A stretch of 56,941 bases of DNA from Candidatus Scatosoma sp. (GTDB lineage: Bacteria; Bacillota; Clostridia; Christensenellales; Borkfalkiaceae): positions 1-56,941 of the forward strand of contig JAZKXM010000088.1 in the NCBI GenBank assembly GCA_045611585.1, given 5' to 3'. Every line of letters starts with the position of its first letter. Position 1 is the stretch's first letter. Under the pieces are notes generated by a model, which saw only the letters and a list, made by a program, of their open reading frames with translations, was not told where the DNA came from and ran no database searches. The translations under genes and the position numbers were made by a program. Positions 37,001 to 45,969 of this stretch are shown here, piece by piece.

Positions 37001-40000
37001 CGAATGTTGAAAACTATACTTCTTCGGTGACGACGTATTATTCCCGTTGGGAAAGAAAAATCGCGATCAACGGGGGCGAATTTGACGGCGAAAACGGGTT
37101 TGTTTTACCTGTGACGGAGATCGTGGTAGAACGCGGAAAGACTTTGCGCGAAAAGGGAATTTCGCCGCTGCCGACGGACGGGCAAATCGAAAAGAAGGGC
37201 GCAGCTGCCGCGTGGACGCTGGAAGGCTGGTACTATGGCGACGGTCAAGAAGTGTTGGGCAGAAGCTTTGACGACGTGAACTTGGTCAACAATACGTCGA
37301 TTGGAGAATTTTATGCCGTATATACTGCTACTTTGTTTGTGAAATTCGGGTATTCGTCAGGTGTGTTTGAAGGGGGCGAATATAAGCTTACGCTGGGTCA
37401 AGCGGAGGTATTGGCGGCGTTGGACGGCGAATACAGCGCAGAGCTGACCGCCGATAACGTCAATCAGTATTTCCACAAGGGCTGGACGATCGACGGCGTA
37501 CAGTACAGAATGACGGAGGAAAACTACGCTACGCTGAAAACGGCGCTGGCGTTCGGCGGGAAAGAGGCGGTTGCCATTTTCGAGCCGATCAGCTATACCG
37601 TGGTTTTGAATGCGGGCGCAGGACAGTTTGACGGCGGGGAGACGGAGCTTGTCGTTAAAGATCTGAAATACGATAGAGAATATACCTTTACGGAGCTGGG
37701 GGTTTCCGCACTCGTTCGCGTGGGGTATCAGTTTAACGCTTGGGATTTAAACGGTACTGTTTACACGGATGCGTTTAAGAATTTGACCAAAAAAGACGGG
37801 GGTAAGGTTACGCTGAAAGCGGTTTGGTCGCCCATTGTATATTCGGTGGAATTCAACGCAAACGGCGGCGAGTTTGAAGGCGGGGAGGAGCGTTTTACCG
37901 CCGAAAATTTGAAATACGATAAAGAATACGCGTTTGAGGATTTGGGCTTGCCAAAGGTAGCTTTGACGGGGTATCAGTTGGTTGGCTGGAAGGTTGGCGA
38001 AAAGATCTATGCGGACGCCGAAAAGCTGAAAAATTTGACCGTTCAAGACGGAGATACCGTTGCATTGACGGCGGTTTGGAATGCGATCGAATATACCGTA
38101 CAATACGATCCGAACGGCGGTGTGCTTGCGGACGGAACGGGCGCGGTAAAGACGGTGGGGGCTGTTTATGATCAAGCGTTCACGCCCAACGCGCACGTAT
38201 CGAAGGTGACGCGCGGGTTCAGCGAAAGCACGGGGAAGGCTTGGTATTCCTTTGTGGGCTGGACGTTTACGGGCGAGGACGGCGAGCAGTTCGTTTACGG
38301 CAACGAAGAACAGTTAAAGAATTTGACCGCTGAAAGCGGCAAAACGATTACTTTGTGCGCAAAATGGGCGGTTTTGGAGGAAAATATCTTTACCGTCAAG
38401 TTTGTCGCGGGCGAAAACGACGAAAGAGAGCTTGGCAGTCAGCAATTTACCATTGAAACGACGACGTTGAGATTGCCCGTTTTGACGGAAAAAGAAGGGT
38501 ACAACGCTAGATGGGATCTTTCCGAAATGCCGACGGGCAAGGCGGGCGAAGAATTTACCATCACGGCGGGGGATAAGACGGTGCGTATCGTTTACGACCC
38601 TATTTCTTACACGCTTACCTATCTTGCGGAGGACGGCAGCGTATTGAAGCGGGTATCTTACACCTACGAAACGGTGGACACCGTGAAAAAAGACGAGGTT
38701 TACAGCCAAGAGAACTATCCCGACGAGCGGTTGCCGATCGGTAAAAAGTTCGTCGAATGGCAGGCGGTTGATTTTGACGATTGGACGGTGACGGAAAAAT
38801 TCGTTCGCGCGGAATACAAATGTATCAAATATACCGTTTGTTTTATGGACGGCGAAAGGGAAATAGGCGGGGCTGCTTATACGGTAGATGATGAAATGGT
38901 TATGCCGCCTACGCTGGAAGAAAAAGCGGGATACCGCAGATATTGGAACTTTACAAAAGCGGAGCTGTTGGAAAAAATCGCCGCCCTTCAAGACGGACAA
39001 ACGGTGGTGACGGTGTACGCAAAAGAGATTGCGCTGGTTTATACGGTGACGGTTGTCGCTGGGGAAGAACAGTATCAATACCCTTACACGGTGGAACACC
39101 TTATCGACGGGAAGCTGACTCTGTTAGCGCCCGAGCTTGGCGAGGGCGAACAGTTTGTCGCCGTAGGCGCAACGCTTACCCACGACAAGCAAAAGGGCGA
39201 GTTGGTCTTTGCGATCACTCCCGAAACGCTGTCCGATATTTTCGTGCAGGCGAAATCGGGCGAATACGAATTTACCTTCGTGGTGGCGGCTGATCTTGGC
39301 TATGACGGGTTGACGGCGTATGCGGTGATGGGCAACGGAGAAGGCTACGTCCTGCCCAAGCCGACGAGAGAGGGGTATATCCTCAGCGGTTGGAGATACG
39401 GCGAAAACTTTATCGTTGCTGACGACGAGGGCGAAGATACGATGTTCTTTAATGGTGCGACGGAAGGTCAAACCGTTGCTTTGACCGCGGTTTGGACGCC
39501 TGTCAGCTATACCCTTTCCTTTGCAAACTGTGAGGAGATGGAAAGTAAAACGCTTTCCTACGAGGAAGAATTTACTCTGCCGACAACGGCGAAAACGGGA
39601 TATATTTTCCTTGGTTGGGCGTTTGGTGAGGAAATATTCGCCGCAGGCGAAAGCGTGAAGAATTTGGCTGTGCAAGAGGGCGCGACGGTCGCCCTGACGG
39701 CGGTTTGGAAGGCGATTTCGTATAACGTCGTTTATGAAGCAAACGGCGGGGAGGAAACCCCTGTCAATGGCGTTGCGGCGTTCGGTGAAAAATTCTATTT
39801 GGCGGGAGAAATTACCCGTAAAGGATACAAGTTTGACGGTTGGAAGGACCAACGGACGGGTAAGGTTTATAACGGCGGCGCGTACGTGTCCGACCTGACG
39901 GCGGTCGGTGGCGATACGGTGGTTTTGGTTGCAGTATGGCAAGCGATAAAATATACCGTCGTCTTTGAAAACAGCGAACAGCCTAATATGTCTTGCGAAT

Positions 40001-43000
40001 ATGACGTGACCTACGATTATCCCGCGCCGCCCGCAAGAGATGGGTATTTTTTCGTGAAATGGTTGAACGAAAAAGGCGAGGAGATTGACGAAAGCTCGTT
40101 TAGCAATTTGTCGGAAAAGCAGGGCGCGAGAGTGCTGTTGACGGCAAAATGGAGTTTGGACGAACTTGAAGAAATCGTCTTTACGTACATAGACGATTAT
40201 GATAATGAGCTTGTAACCAAGACTAGCGGGTATTCGGTTGAGGTTCCGTTCGTGAACGAGCCGAAGCAGCCCGACGAAAACGGAAAGGTAAAAGGCTGGG
40301 CGCCTTACGAATTGGCGGACGGCGCAACGCCTGAGGCGGTCAGCGGATCGGCAGCGGAATATATTTCCATCGTCTATACCTACGAGGGCAGAACGGCGTA
40401 CAGAATTTTCCCTCGCAATCCTCAGGACGGAGAAACGTACGATTTGGTTGCGCCTGCAATTCCGCAAAAGACGGGATATACGGCAAGCTGGCAATACGTT
40501 GAGGGCGAAAACGGCAATTTGACGGCAACGGCGGCGTACGTTTTATCGAACGAAGAAGCTTACGAAATTTTCTTTAAAGATAAGGGCGGCGCGGAGGTCG
40601 CGGGTAGATCGGTTGCATTTGGAGAGCTGATTACATTGCCCGTTCTTGAACGGGAGGGCTATACCTTCCTCGGCTGGCGGTTGGGCGACGAGGTGTATCA
40701 GTGCGGCGAGGATGTCAACGTGAACGAGGACGGTTTGCCGTCGGTGATCTTGACTGCAGAATGGCTGTTGCTTGAATATAAAATTCACTTTATCGGAACG
40801 GACGTATATTGGACATATACGGTGGAAAGCAGGTCGGCTGATTTTGATTGGACGGCTGCGCCTGCCGTGTTGCAAAAGACGGGCTACGTTGGCGAGTGGA
40901 AGCTGCCCAAGCTGACCGTCGGCGACGTGGAGATTTCGCCCGTCTATACGCCGATCACCTTTACGCTTGTGTTCGATTTGGCGGGCGGCGACGGCGCGTT
41001 TGAAAATCAGGCGGTTGCATACGGCTCGGAAAGAATGCTCGGCGTGCCGACGAAAGCAAACAGCCGCTTTATCGGTTGGAAATACGGTCGCGAAATTTAT
41101 TCGGGCGATACTCCCATACTGATGAATTTGTGTACGGAACAAAACGGTACGGTTACCTTGACGGCAGTATGGGAAAAGATTACAACGGTTTACACCGCCA
41201 CCTTCACGGTTGACGGCGAAGTGGTTGCAAGCGTTCCTTTCACGGCGGATAACGTTGCGAAGAGATATCTGATTGCGCCCACCCTGCCCGACAGATCGGA
41301 GGAAGGGTACGAAGGGAAATGGGCGGATTATACGCTGACGGCGGCGGATATCGTGATCGAGGCGGAATATACGGCTATTTTGTACAAGATCAAGTATCAA
41401 GTAGGCGGTGCAACCGTTTACACCGCTTACTATACGGTGGAAAATAAAAATTACGTTGCGCCCTCGACGGCGATGAAGGCGGGGTACGTGTTCGACGGTT
41501 GGCAGGCTTTTGAGCTGACGGTCGGCGACGTAACCGTGGAGGCGAATTGGGTCGCGATAGAATATACCGTTACGTTTGACGTGGACGGCGGCGATAGCGC
41601 GCCCGAAAATATCCTTGCAAAGTATAACGAGGAGATTATTCTTCCCGACGCGCCTTTGCGCGCGGGCTATATCTTCGCTGGCTGGTCGTACGGTGGAAGG
41701 GTGTATTCCGCGGGAGAATATCTTTCTAATTTGACGGATAAGGCGGAAACGGTAACCTTCGTTGCGGTTTGGAATGCGATAAAATATACTATGGTTATTA
41801 AAGGCGTGGACGGAAACGGCGTTGAAAAAAGCATACTAGTTCTTTATACGGTTGAAGATTTGGAAATGGTAAAGAACAAAATTCTGGACATGAATAATAA
41901 AATTAAAGATAAGGAGGAGGATAAAGATAAAGATAAAGAGAATATATTATTGCCTATGCCAAAAGAAGGCTATGACGCGATAGCTTGGGAAGTGCCAGAT
42001 GGCTTACCTATCGGTGGGTTTGCGTTGAAGGGAGTTTATACTCTGATCGATTATTACGTCGTGTTTGTCAAACCCAACGGCCAAGAAACACCGATCGTTT
42101 GGACGGTGGAAGCGGGGTCGATTTCCGAGCCGCATATTGAAGGGTTCGAGTGGAAGGTCGAAAAAACGAACGAGGAAACGGGCGAGACCGTTTACGAGGA
42201 CTACGTTTTGACGCCTTCGGCGTTCACGTGGAGTGAGAAAAATAGCCGCTATCAGCTGGTTTTGACGGCGGTGACGGGCAGCCAAAGCAACCGTATCGAA
42301 TTCTACGACGATACGGAAAGCGAGCATCCGATTATTACAAAATACTTTGATCCTAGCTCTGAGAGCGAGGAGGATCGGAAAATTATGATTCCCGCCGTGC
42401 CTGCGAAGAAGGGATACGTTGGCGAATGGAAACTGGACGTTGACGAAAATAACGGGTTGTTTACGGTAGATGCGGAGCTGAAATACGTTGTGATTGTTCA
42501 AGGCGCGCAGTTTACCGAGGCGGTGAAGATTTACGCCGAATATACTCCTATTCAATATACGGTGGCGTTTGACGTCAACGGAGGCGAAGGGGCGGCGCCG
42601 CAAAATATCACGGCGACCTACCGCCAGCCGATCGTGATGCCCGACGCGGCTGTCCGCGTTGGCTACGTCTTTGGCGGTTGGGGCTTTGACGGGACGGTTT
42701 ATCAAGCTAACGAGGAGGTTCGCCGCAACTTTGCTGACACGCAAGGCGCGGTAGTAACCTTGACGGCGGTTTGGACTCCGATTACCTACACGGTGGTCTT
42801 TAACCCGAACGGCGGGGCGGAAACGCCGCAGTCCGTTACGGTGGCGTACGACGAAGAATTTACGCTGCCTGCGGCAATCGAACACGAAAACGGCGAGCAA
42901 TGGCAGTTTGAAAAATGGATCTTCACGGACGAATTAAAATATGTCGCGGGCGCGCGCGTGCGTAGCCTGACCTCTGAGGCGGACGCGCAGATTACTTTGT

Positions 43001-45885
43001 ATGCAAGCTGGACGGAAAAAGAATACGTTGTGTATTTTGAGGCGGACGGCATATTGCTGGAAGAAACTCTGATTTGCAAATATGACCATACGTTGGATAT
43101 CGCGGCGTTCCCTGCCGTTCCTCAAAAGGAACATTATAAGGCGGGCGTTTGGGCTTGGCAAGCGAATGCGACGGTGACGGGCGATACCGTGATTAAAGCG
43201 GTTTACGAGGCGAAAACGTACACGATCTCTTACGTTGTAGATGGCGAGATAATAGAAACCAAGACGTACACGGTGGAAGATACTGCCGTGATCGCGCCTA
43301 CCGTACCTGAAAGAAGCGCGGAAGGCTTTGACGGAGCTTGGGAAAGCGTGCTTTTGGACGGCGGCGATAAGACGGTGAATGCCGTTTACACGGCGATCGA
43401 ATACACGGTCACCTTCTATGCTTCTGCAGACGAGGGCGCGGAAATTTTGGGCTTGCAAACTTATACGGTAGAAAATAAGGAAATTTCCTTGCCTGCCTTG
43501 CCTAAGGACTTTTTGGCTTGGGATATGCCTACTCTTTCGGTTGGCGACGTGAAGGTATATCCTTTGGCGGCGTTGGAAGAGGGCGCGTATATCGTTACGT
43601 TCGTTGACGAGCTTGGTAAAACGGTTGCCTCTGTGGTATGGACGGCGGGCAAAACGGTGGAAGAGCTTGCGCCGTCCGTGCCTGAAAAGGCGGGGTATGC
43701 AGCGGAATGGAATTTTGCGGCTTTGCCCGAAACCTTGACGGAAAACGTAGTTGTCAGACCTGTTTATACGGTGAACGAATATACGGTTACGTTCTGGAAA
43801 TATGAGAAGGGGAGTGCGGAAAACGAAACCGTTTTGACGGTGAACTATACGGTGCTTGATCGGGATATCGAGGTTCCCAACGCCGCGGAACGCGCAGAGG
43901 CGAAGGCGCACTATACCGTGCGTTGGGATATGCCGCAGTTGACCTACGGCGACGTGGACGTATATCCTGCCTACACGCCGATCAGCTATACAATCACCTT
44001 CCATTGGATTGATAACGACGGAGCGGAGCAGACCTTCCAGCGTCTTTATACGGTGGAAACCTTGCAGATCAACGAGCCTGCTTGTCCTACGCGTGACGGC
44101 TATAAGACTGCGCGCTGGTCAGAATACGACTTATCTGATTTAACGGATATGGACGTGTATGCGGCATATTCGAACATTGTATATAAAATACGCTATGACG
44201 TAATTGCAAATGGTGAAACAGTTTCGTCCGAAACAATATCGGATATTAAATACGAGGATAACGTTGACATTGCGGACGAGGAAGATTTTGGGGCTAATAA
44301 AGCACTTAAAATCCCTGAAGGATATTTATTCCCTTCAGAATTGTGTTGGCTTGATAGTCAAACGCAAAAGAAATACAATTTTGGTGAAGTTGTAACAAAA
44401 ATAACAGACAAAGACGGCGACACGATTGTATTAACCTTGACGCTTACGCCGATTACGTATTATATCGAATATAAAGTTGAGATGAGTAATAAATCGGGGG
44501 TTACATATATGACTCCGCCCGAAAGGCAGACAGTTACTTATGATCAAGAGATTACCCTTGCGACATATAGCCTGCCGACGGGGTATAGATGGTCGGATAT
44601 TAACGGATCAAGCTGGTGGGATTTCTACTTTGACGAAGCTTACGGGCAAGGTGGGGTGTGTCAAAACTTGACGACGGTTCAAGGGGAAACGATTTCTTTG
44701 ACGGCGTACATCCAACCGATCACCTATAACGTACAGTATAATACCGACGGTGGTACGGCAATCGCAGGATTTAGTGTGGAATACGATCAGAGTTTTAATT
44801 TGGCGGCTAATTCAGCGACTTATAAAAAGGGGCATTTTGTTAACGTATGGTGGATATCAACTAAAAATAGTGGGTATTCCCCCAATGTAGTTGTGTCTAA
44901 ATTGGCTTCCGATCAAAATCAAACAGTAACAATTACGGCGAAGTGGTTGCCTTGTTCGTACACCGTTAATTTTAACGCTAACGGCGGTACGGTTGGGACG
45001 TCTTCAAAAACGGTAACATACGGTGAAACGTATGGCAGTTTGCCGACACCGACGAGAAGCGGATATACTTTTGACGGCTGGTACTTTGGTTCTAACAAAA
45101 TTAGCGATTCAACGACGGTTTCGGTAGATGAAAATCATACATTGACGGCTAGTTGGACGGAAATTCCCAGTAGCGGCGACAGCGGTGGTGGCGACGGTGA
45201 ATGTTTCACGGGTGATACGTTGGTTGCGCTTGCGGACGGCACGTATGCAAGACTGGACAGCTTGAAGGCGGGGGATTTGGTGTTGACTTGGAACGCGTTT
45301 ACGGGTACGGTCGAGGCTATGCCTATATCGTTGTTCTGGAATCACGGCGAAGGCGTTTACGACGTCATCTCCTTGACCTTCTCAAACGGCAAAGTATTAA
45401 AGGTTGTTACCGAACACGGCTTCTTTGATTCGACGTTGAATAAGTTCGTTTATATCAACGCAAAAAATTACGCCGACTATATAGGACATGAATTTGCCTA
45501 TATCGGTACGGACGGAAAGATCGAGGATGTGCGTTTGGTTTCGGCAGTCTATGAACGTAAGCTTTCTTCTTCTTATTCGCTCAGGTCGGCTTGTAACGAT
45601 AATGTAATCGTAGAAGGGTTCTTAACGCTAACAGTAGAGGATATAAAAGGTTTCTTGACCTATTTTGAGTTTGGTGAAGATTATAAATACGACCAAGCGA
45701 AACTGGAAGCGGACATTGCCAAGTACGGATTATATACCTACGATGAATGGAAAGACTACGGTTCTTATGAAGAATTTGTTGCTCTCAATGGGAAATATCT
45801 AAAAATTCTTATCGGGAAAGGATATTTAACTTATGAAGATATCCTAATACTGATTGAAGGTATGCGGCAAGGATTAGGCGGTTAA
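34039..45885 (+). CDS. giant (3,948 aa) surface lipoprotein: Ig-like modules, ~40 Listeria-Bacteroides (Flg_new) repeats, C-terminal Hint domain
   Basis: Uninterrupted ORF with RBS AGGAGAAAAAAGG. Lipoprotein signal with lipobox LTAC (Cys28, 34120-34122). Recurrent Y.V.F..NGG / GY.F.GW / LTAVW repeat signatures. CFTGDTLV Hint start at 45202. Confidence 0.9.
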   Translation: MRNRTRFSLKWVGLILVIILAAFGLTACKKGKQTKYEIIATDEIEVLVDREASLDPVLMDGEGNFLDGKFRYEYEGFEQYIAIEYGTITALKPYDGDIEVTIIEKDKGLKKTVTVRIISELSGVLELRDETGVPVDGEIKMTLGQSMVFEAVTLPAGTAIEQYFSFRSADIEGTEKHVFDVSVSQNKVTVTAVGLGKGEMNFLLKNESRHVNETFSYPFTVGFASETDGSAPLGKAVLDGAGKTLLSKQELSEVKRVVFAEDVTQFSAAEAKTYLPALQALIFTGEKKVMPNSFEDLAQGWKFRVKGLDAYQAYRADEAWGAVAERVYPYETDHTKPVLVYHNEGTVRLGGDMLFEQHIYNFEESDYSFKSETSPLLKAVEAPETVEEYAFAGYDFAGWTDAQGVPFDGEDISKVTEGIHLTANWTAKEYTVTLNGYPQGDGENVTVKVAYNGVLPLLADGEKDCWTFVGWYLSKEYKDEEKVDTELLYHTASDLILYAKFTAQLRFFYYQWTGAQDITVPIVYGKPIGESMPEHTAPINGWTFEGWYYGSSCREGEEMTSDQPYTREGDFFQGFSHTLYPKCTYIAKLETFGLAETNPTQLIVRAGKSVNLSLYLEGQDLYMMNLVGKDGWTFKGWTAQTYYEDGFKTLGLDQHFIIDDDETQLTPANAPVLYAIYETENTYVYGPKGAESEKQTVVFGCQSDLLNPELEEYKQINSFDGYLFAGWYLGTERQTSLQQITAEFAGRTYVGKYNAKVYTAHFDFFGQELTEHARTFTDVGTDLTDNVLNNNTDGLAGRVIEVPAVQEKTGYRGFWTYNGKEIAVEEGRYTVEADVFRDVTLVADYEANAYYIHLDTHGISESISKEVRYDGDYSLPIDDVPTPTGTDYDFVGWYLSKEYKEEDKIQEGTYKWTEDITVYAKYTISVSFVEYTRFNAEEDVGGNKSAVFTYGKTAEFDTLDVRGGWSFAGWYYKEDGVEKPVEYEEGTTNVENYTSSVTTYYSRWERKIAINGGEFDGENGFVLPVTEIVVERGKTLREKGISPLPTDGQIEKKGAAAAWTLEGWYYGDGQEVLGRSFDDVNLVNNTSIGEFYAVYTATLFVKFGYSSGVFEGGEYKLTLGQAEVLAALDGEYSAELTADNVNQYFHKGWTIDGVQYRMTEENYATLKTALAFGGKEAVAIFEPISYTVVLNAGAGQFDGGETELVVKDLKYDREYTFTELGVSALVRVGYQFNAWDLNGTVYTDAFKNLTKKDGGKVTLKAVWSPIVYSVEFNANGGEFEGGEERFTAENLKYDKEYAFEDLGLPKVALTGYQLVGWKVGEKIYADAEKLKNLTVQDGDTVALTAVWNAIEYTVQYDPNGGVLADGTGAVKTVGAVYDQAFTPNAHVSKVTRGFSESTGKAWYSFVGWTFTGEDGEQFVYGNEEQLKNLTAESGKTITLCAKWAVLEENIFTVKFVAGENDERELGSQQFTIETTTLRLPVLTEKEGYNARWDLSEMPTGKAGEEFTITAGDKTVRIVYDPISYTLTYLAEDGSVLKRVSYTYETVDTVKKDEVYSQENYPDERLPIGKKFVEWQAVDFDDWTVTEKFVRAEYKCIKYTVCFMDGEREIGGAAYTVDDEMVMPPTLEEKAGYRRYWNFTKAELLEKIAALQDGQTVVTVYAKEIALVYTVTVVAGEEQYQYPYTVEHLIDGKLTLLAPELGEGEQFVAVGATLTHDKQKGELVFAITPETLSDIFVQAKSGEYEFTFVVAADLGYDGLTAYAVMGNGEGYVLPKPTREGYILSGWRYGENFIVADDEGEDTMFFNGATEGQTVALTAVWTPVSYTLSFANCEEMESKTLSYEEEFTLPTTAKTGYIFLGWAFGEEIFAAGESVKNLAVQEGATVALTAVWKAISYNVVYEANGGEETPVNGVAAFGEKFYLAGEITRKGYKFDGWKDQRTGKVYNGGAYVSDLTAVGGDTVVLVAVWQAIKYTVVFENSEQPNMSCEYDVTYDYPAPPARDGYFFVKWLNEKGEEIDESSFSNLSEKQGARVLLTAKWSLDELEEIVFTYIDDYDNELVTKTSGYSVEVPFVNEPKQPDENGKVKGWAPYELADGATPEAVSGSAAEYISIVYTYEGRTAYRIFPRNPQDGETYDLVAPAIPQKTGYTASWQYVEGENGNLTATAAYVLSNEEAYEIFFKDKGGAEVAGRSVAFGELITLPVLEREGYTFLGWRLGDEVYQCGEDVNVNEDGLPSVILTAEWLLLEYKIHFIGTDVYWTYTVESRSADFDWTAAPAVLQKTGYVGEWKLPKLTVGDVEISPVYTPITFTLVFDLAGGDGAFENQAVAYGSERMLGVPTKANSRFIGWKYGREIYSGDTPILMNLCTEQNGTVTLTAVWEKITTVYTATFTVDGEVVASVPFTADNVAKRYLIAPTLPDRSEEGYEGKWADYTLTAADIVIEAEYTAILYKIKYQVGGATVYTAYYTVENKNYVAPSTAMKAGYVFDGWQAFELTVGDVTVEANWVAIEYTVTFDVDGGDSAPENILAKYNEEIILPDAPLRAGYIFAGWSYGGRVYSAGEYLSNLTDKAETVTFVAVWNAIKYTMVIKGVDGNGVEKSILVLYTVEDLEMVKNKILDMNNKIKDKEEDKDKDKENILLPMPKEGYDAIAWEVPDGLPIGGFALKGVYTLIDYYVVFVKPNGQETPIVWTVEAGSISEPHIEGFEWKVEKTNEETGETVYEDYVLTPSAFTWSEKNSRYQLVLTAVTGSQSNRIEFYDDTESEHPIITKYFDPSSESEEDRKIMIPAVPAKKGYVGEWKLDVDENNGLFTVDAELKYVVIVQGAQFTEAVKIYAEYTPIQYTVAFDVNGGEGAAPQNITATYRQPIVMPDAAVRVGYVFGGWGFDGTVYQANEEVRRNFADTQGAVVTLTAVWTPITYTVVFNPNGGAETPQSVTVAYDEEFTLPAAIEHENGEQWQFEKWIFTDELKYVAGARVRSLTSEADAQITLYASWTEKEYVVYFEADGILLEETLICKYDHTLDIAAFPAVPQKEHYKAGVWAWQANATVTGDTVIKAVYEAKTYTISYVVDGEIIETKTYTVEDTAVIAPTVPERSAEGFDGAWESVLLDGGDKTVNAVYTAIEYTVTFYASADEGAEILGLQTYTVENKEISLPALPKDFLAWDMPTLSVGDVKVYPLAALEEGAYIVTFVDELGKTVASVVWTAGKTVEELAPSVPEKAGYAAEWNFAALPETLTENVVVRPVYTVNEYTVTFWKYEKGSAENETVLTVNYTVLDRDIEVPNAAERAEAKAHYTVRWDMPQLTYGDVDVYPAYTPISYTITFHWIDNDGAEQTFQRLYTVETLQINEPACPTRDGYKTARWSEYDLSDLTDMDVYAAYSNIVYKIRYDVIANGETVSSETISDIKYEDNVDIADEEDFGANKALKIPEGYLFPSELCWLDSQTQKKYNFGEVVTKITDKDGDTIVLTLTLTPITYYIEYKVEMSNKSGVTYMTPPERQTVTYDQEITLATYSLPTGYRWSDINGSSWWDFYFDEAYGQGGVCQNLTTVQGETISLTAYIQPITYNVQYNTDGGTAIAGFSVEYDQSFNLAANSATYKKGHFVNVWWISTKNSGYSPNVVVSKLASDQNQTVTITAKWLPCSYTVNFNANGGTVGTSSKTVTYGETYGSLPTPTRSGYTFDGWYFGSNKISDSTTVSVDENHTLTASWTEIPSSGDSGGGDGECFTGDTLVALADGTYARLDSLKAGDLVLTWNAFTGTVEAMPISLFWNHGEGVYDVISLTFSNGKVLKVVTEHGFFDSTLNKFVYINAKNYADYIGHEFAYIGTDGKIEDVRLVSAVYERKLSSSYSLRSACNDNVIVEGFLTLTVEDIKGFLTYFEFGEDYKYDQAKLEADIAKYGLYTYDEWKDYGSYEEFVALNGKYLKILIGKGYLTYEDILILIEGMRQGLGG
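35200..45160 (+). repeat. array of ~70-80-aa Listeria-Bacteroides / Flg_new (InlB B-repeat type) modules (protein-level repeats)
   Basis: Periodic recurrence of ..GY.F.GW.. and ..(L/V)TA.W..I.YTV.F..NGG.. across about 3,300 codons. DNA copies are diverged apart from short shared seeds such as TTGACGGCGGTTTGG. Confidence 0.8.
45202..45640 (+). other. Hint (Hedgehog/intein-like, polymorphic-toxin-type) autoprocessing domain
   Basis: Gly-rich linker SSGDSGGGDGE followed by CFTGDTLVALADGTYARLDSLKAGDLV (block A, nucleophile Cys3722), ..VVTEHGFF.. (block B His), ..NDNVIVEGFL (C-terminal block without HN). Confidence 0.75.
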
Positions 45886-45901
45886 AAGCAACACAAAACA
45901 A

Positions 45902-45927
45902 GGGAACGTCTTGAAAAAGGCGTTCCC
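45902..45927 (+). other. intergenic stem-loop without U tract
   Basis: GGGAACG (45902-45908) / CGTTCCC (45921-45927) 7-bp stem with 12-nt loop, followed by an A-rich sequence. Not a canonical terminator. Confidence 0.4.
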
Positions 45928-45969
45928 GACAAAAGAAAAAAATTATCTTTCATAAAGGAGAAAGATTGT

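Noticed and set aside
39124-40494. 456-aa minus-strand ORF inside giant gene 1 (also 38314-39099, 40543-41400, 42004-42900, 42934-44004)
   Set aside because: The plus-strand frame is open for 11.8 kb and shows periodic Flg_new signatures. The antisense ORFs are R/F/I-rich without periodic domain signatures.
45641-45969. Classical polymorphic-toxin reading: the tail after Hint as a toxin, plus a downstream immunity gene
   Set aside because: The ~85-aa tail has no catalytic motif I recognise. The 84-nt gap contains no ORF, and the next gene is a 3,159-aa surface protein. I kept it only as an alternative in the Hint finding.
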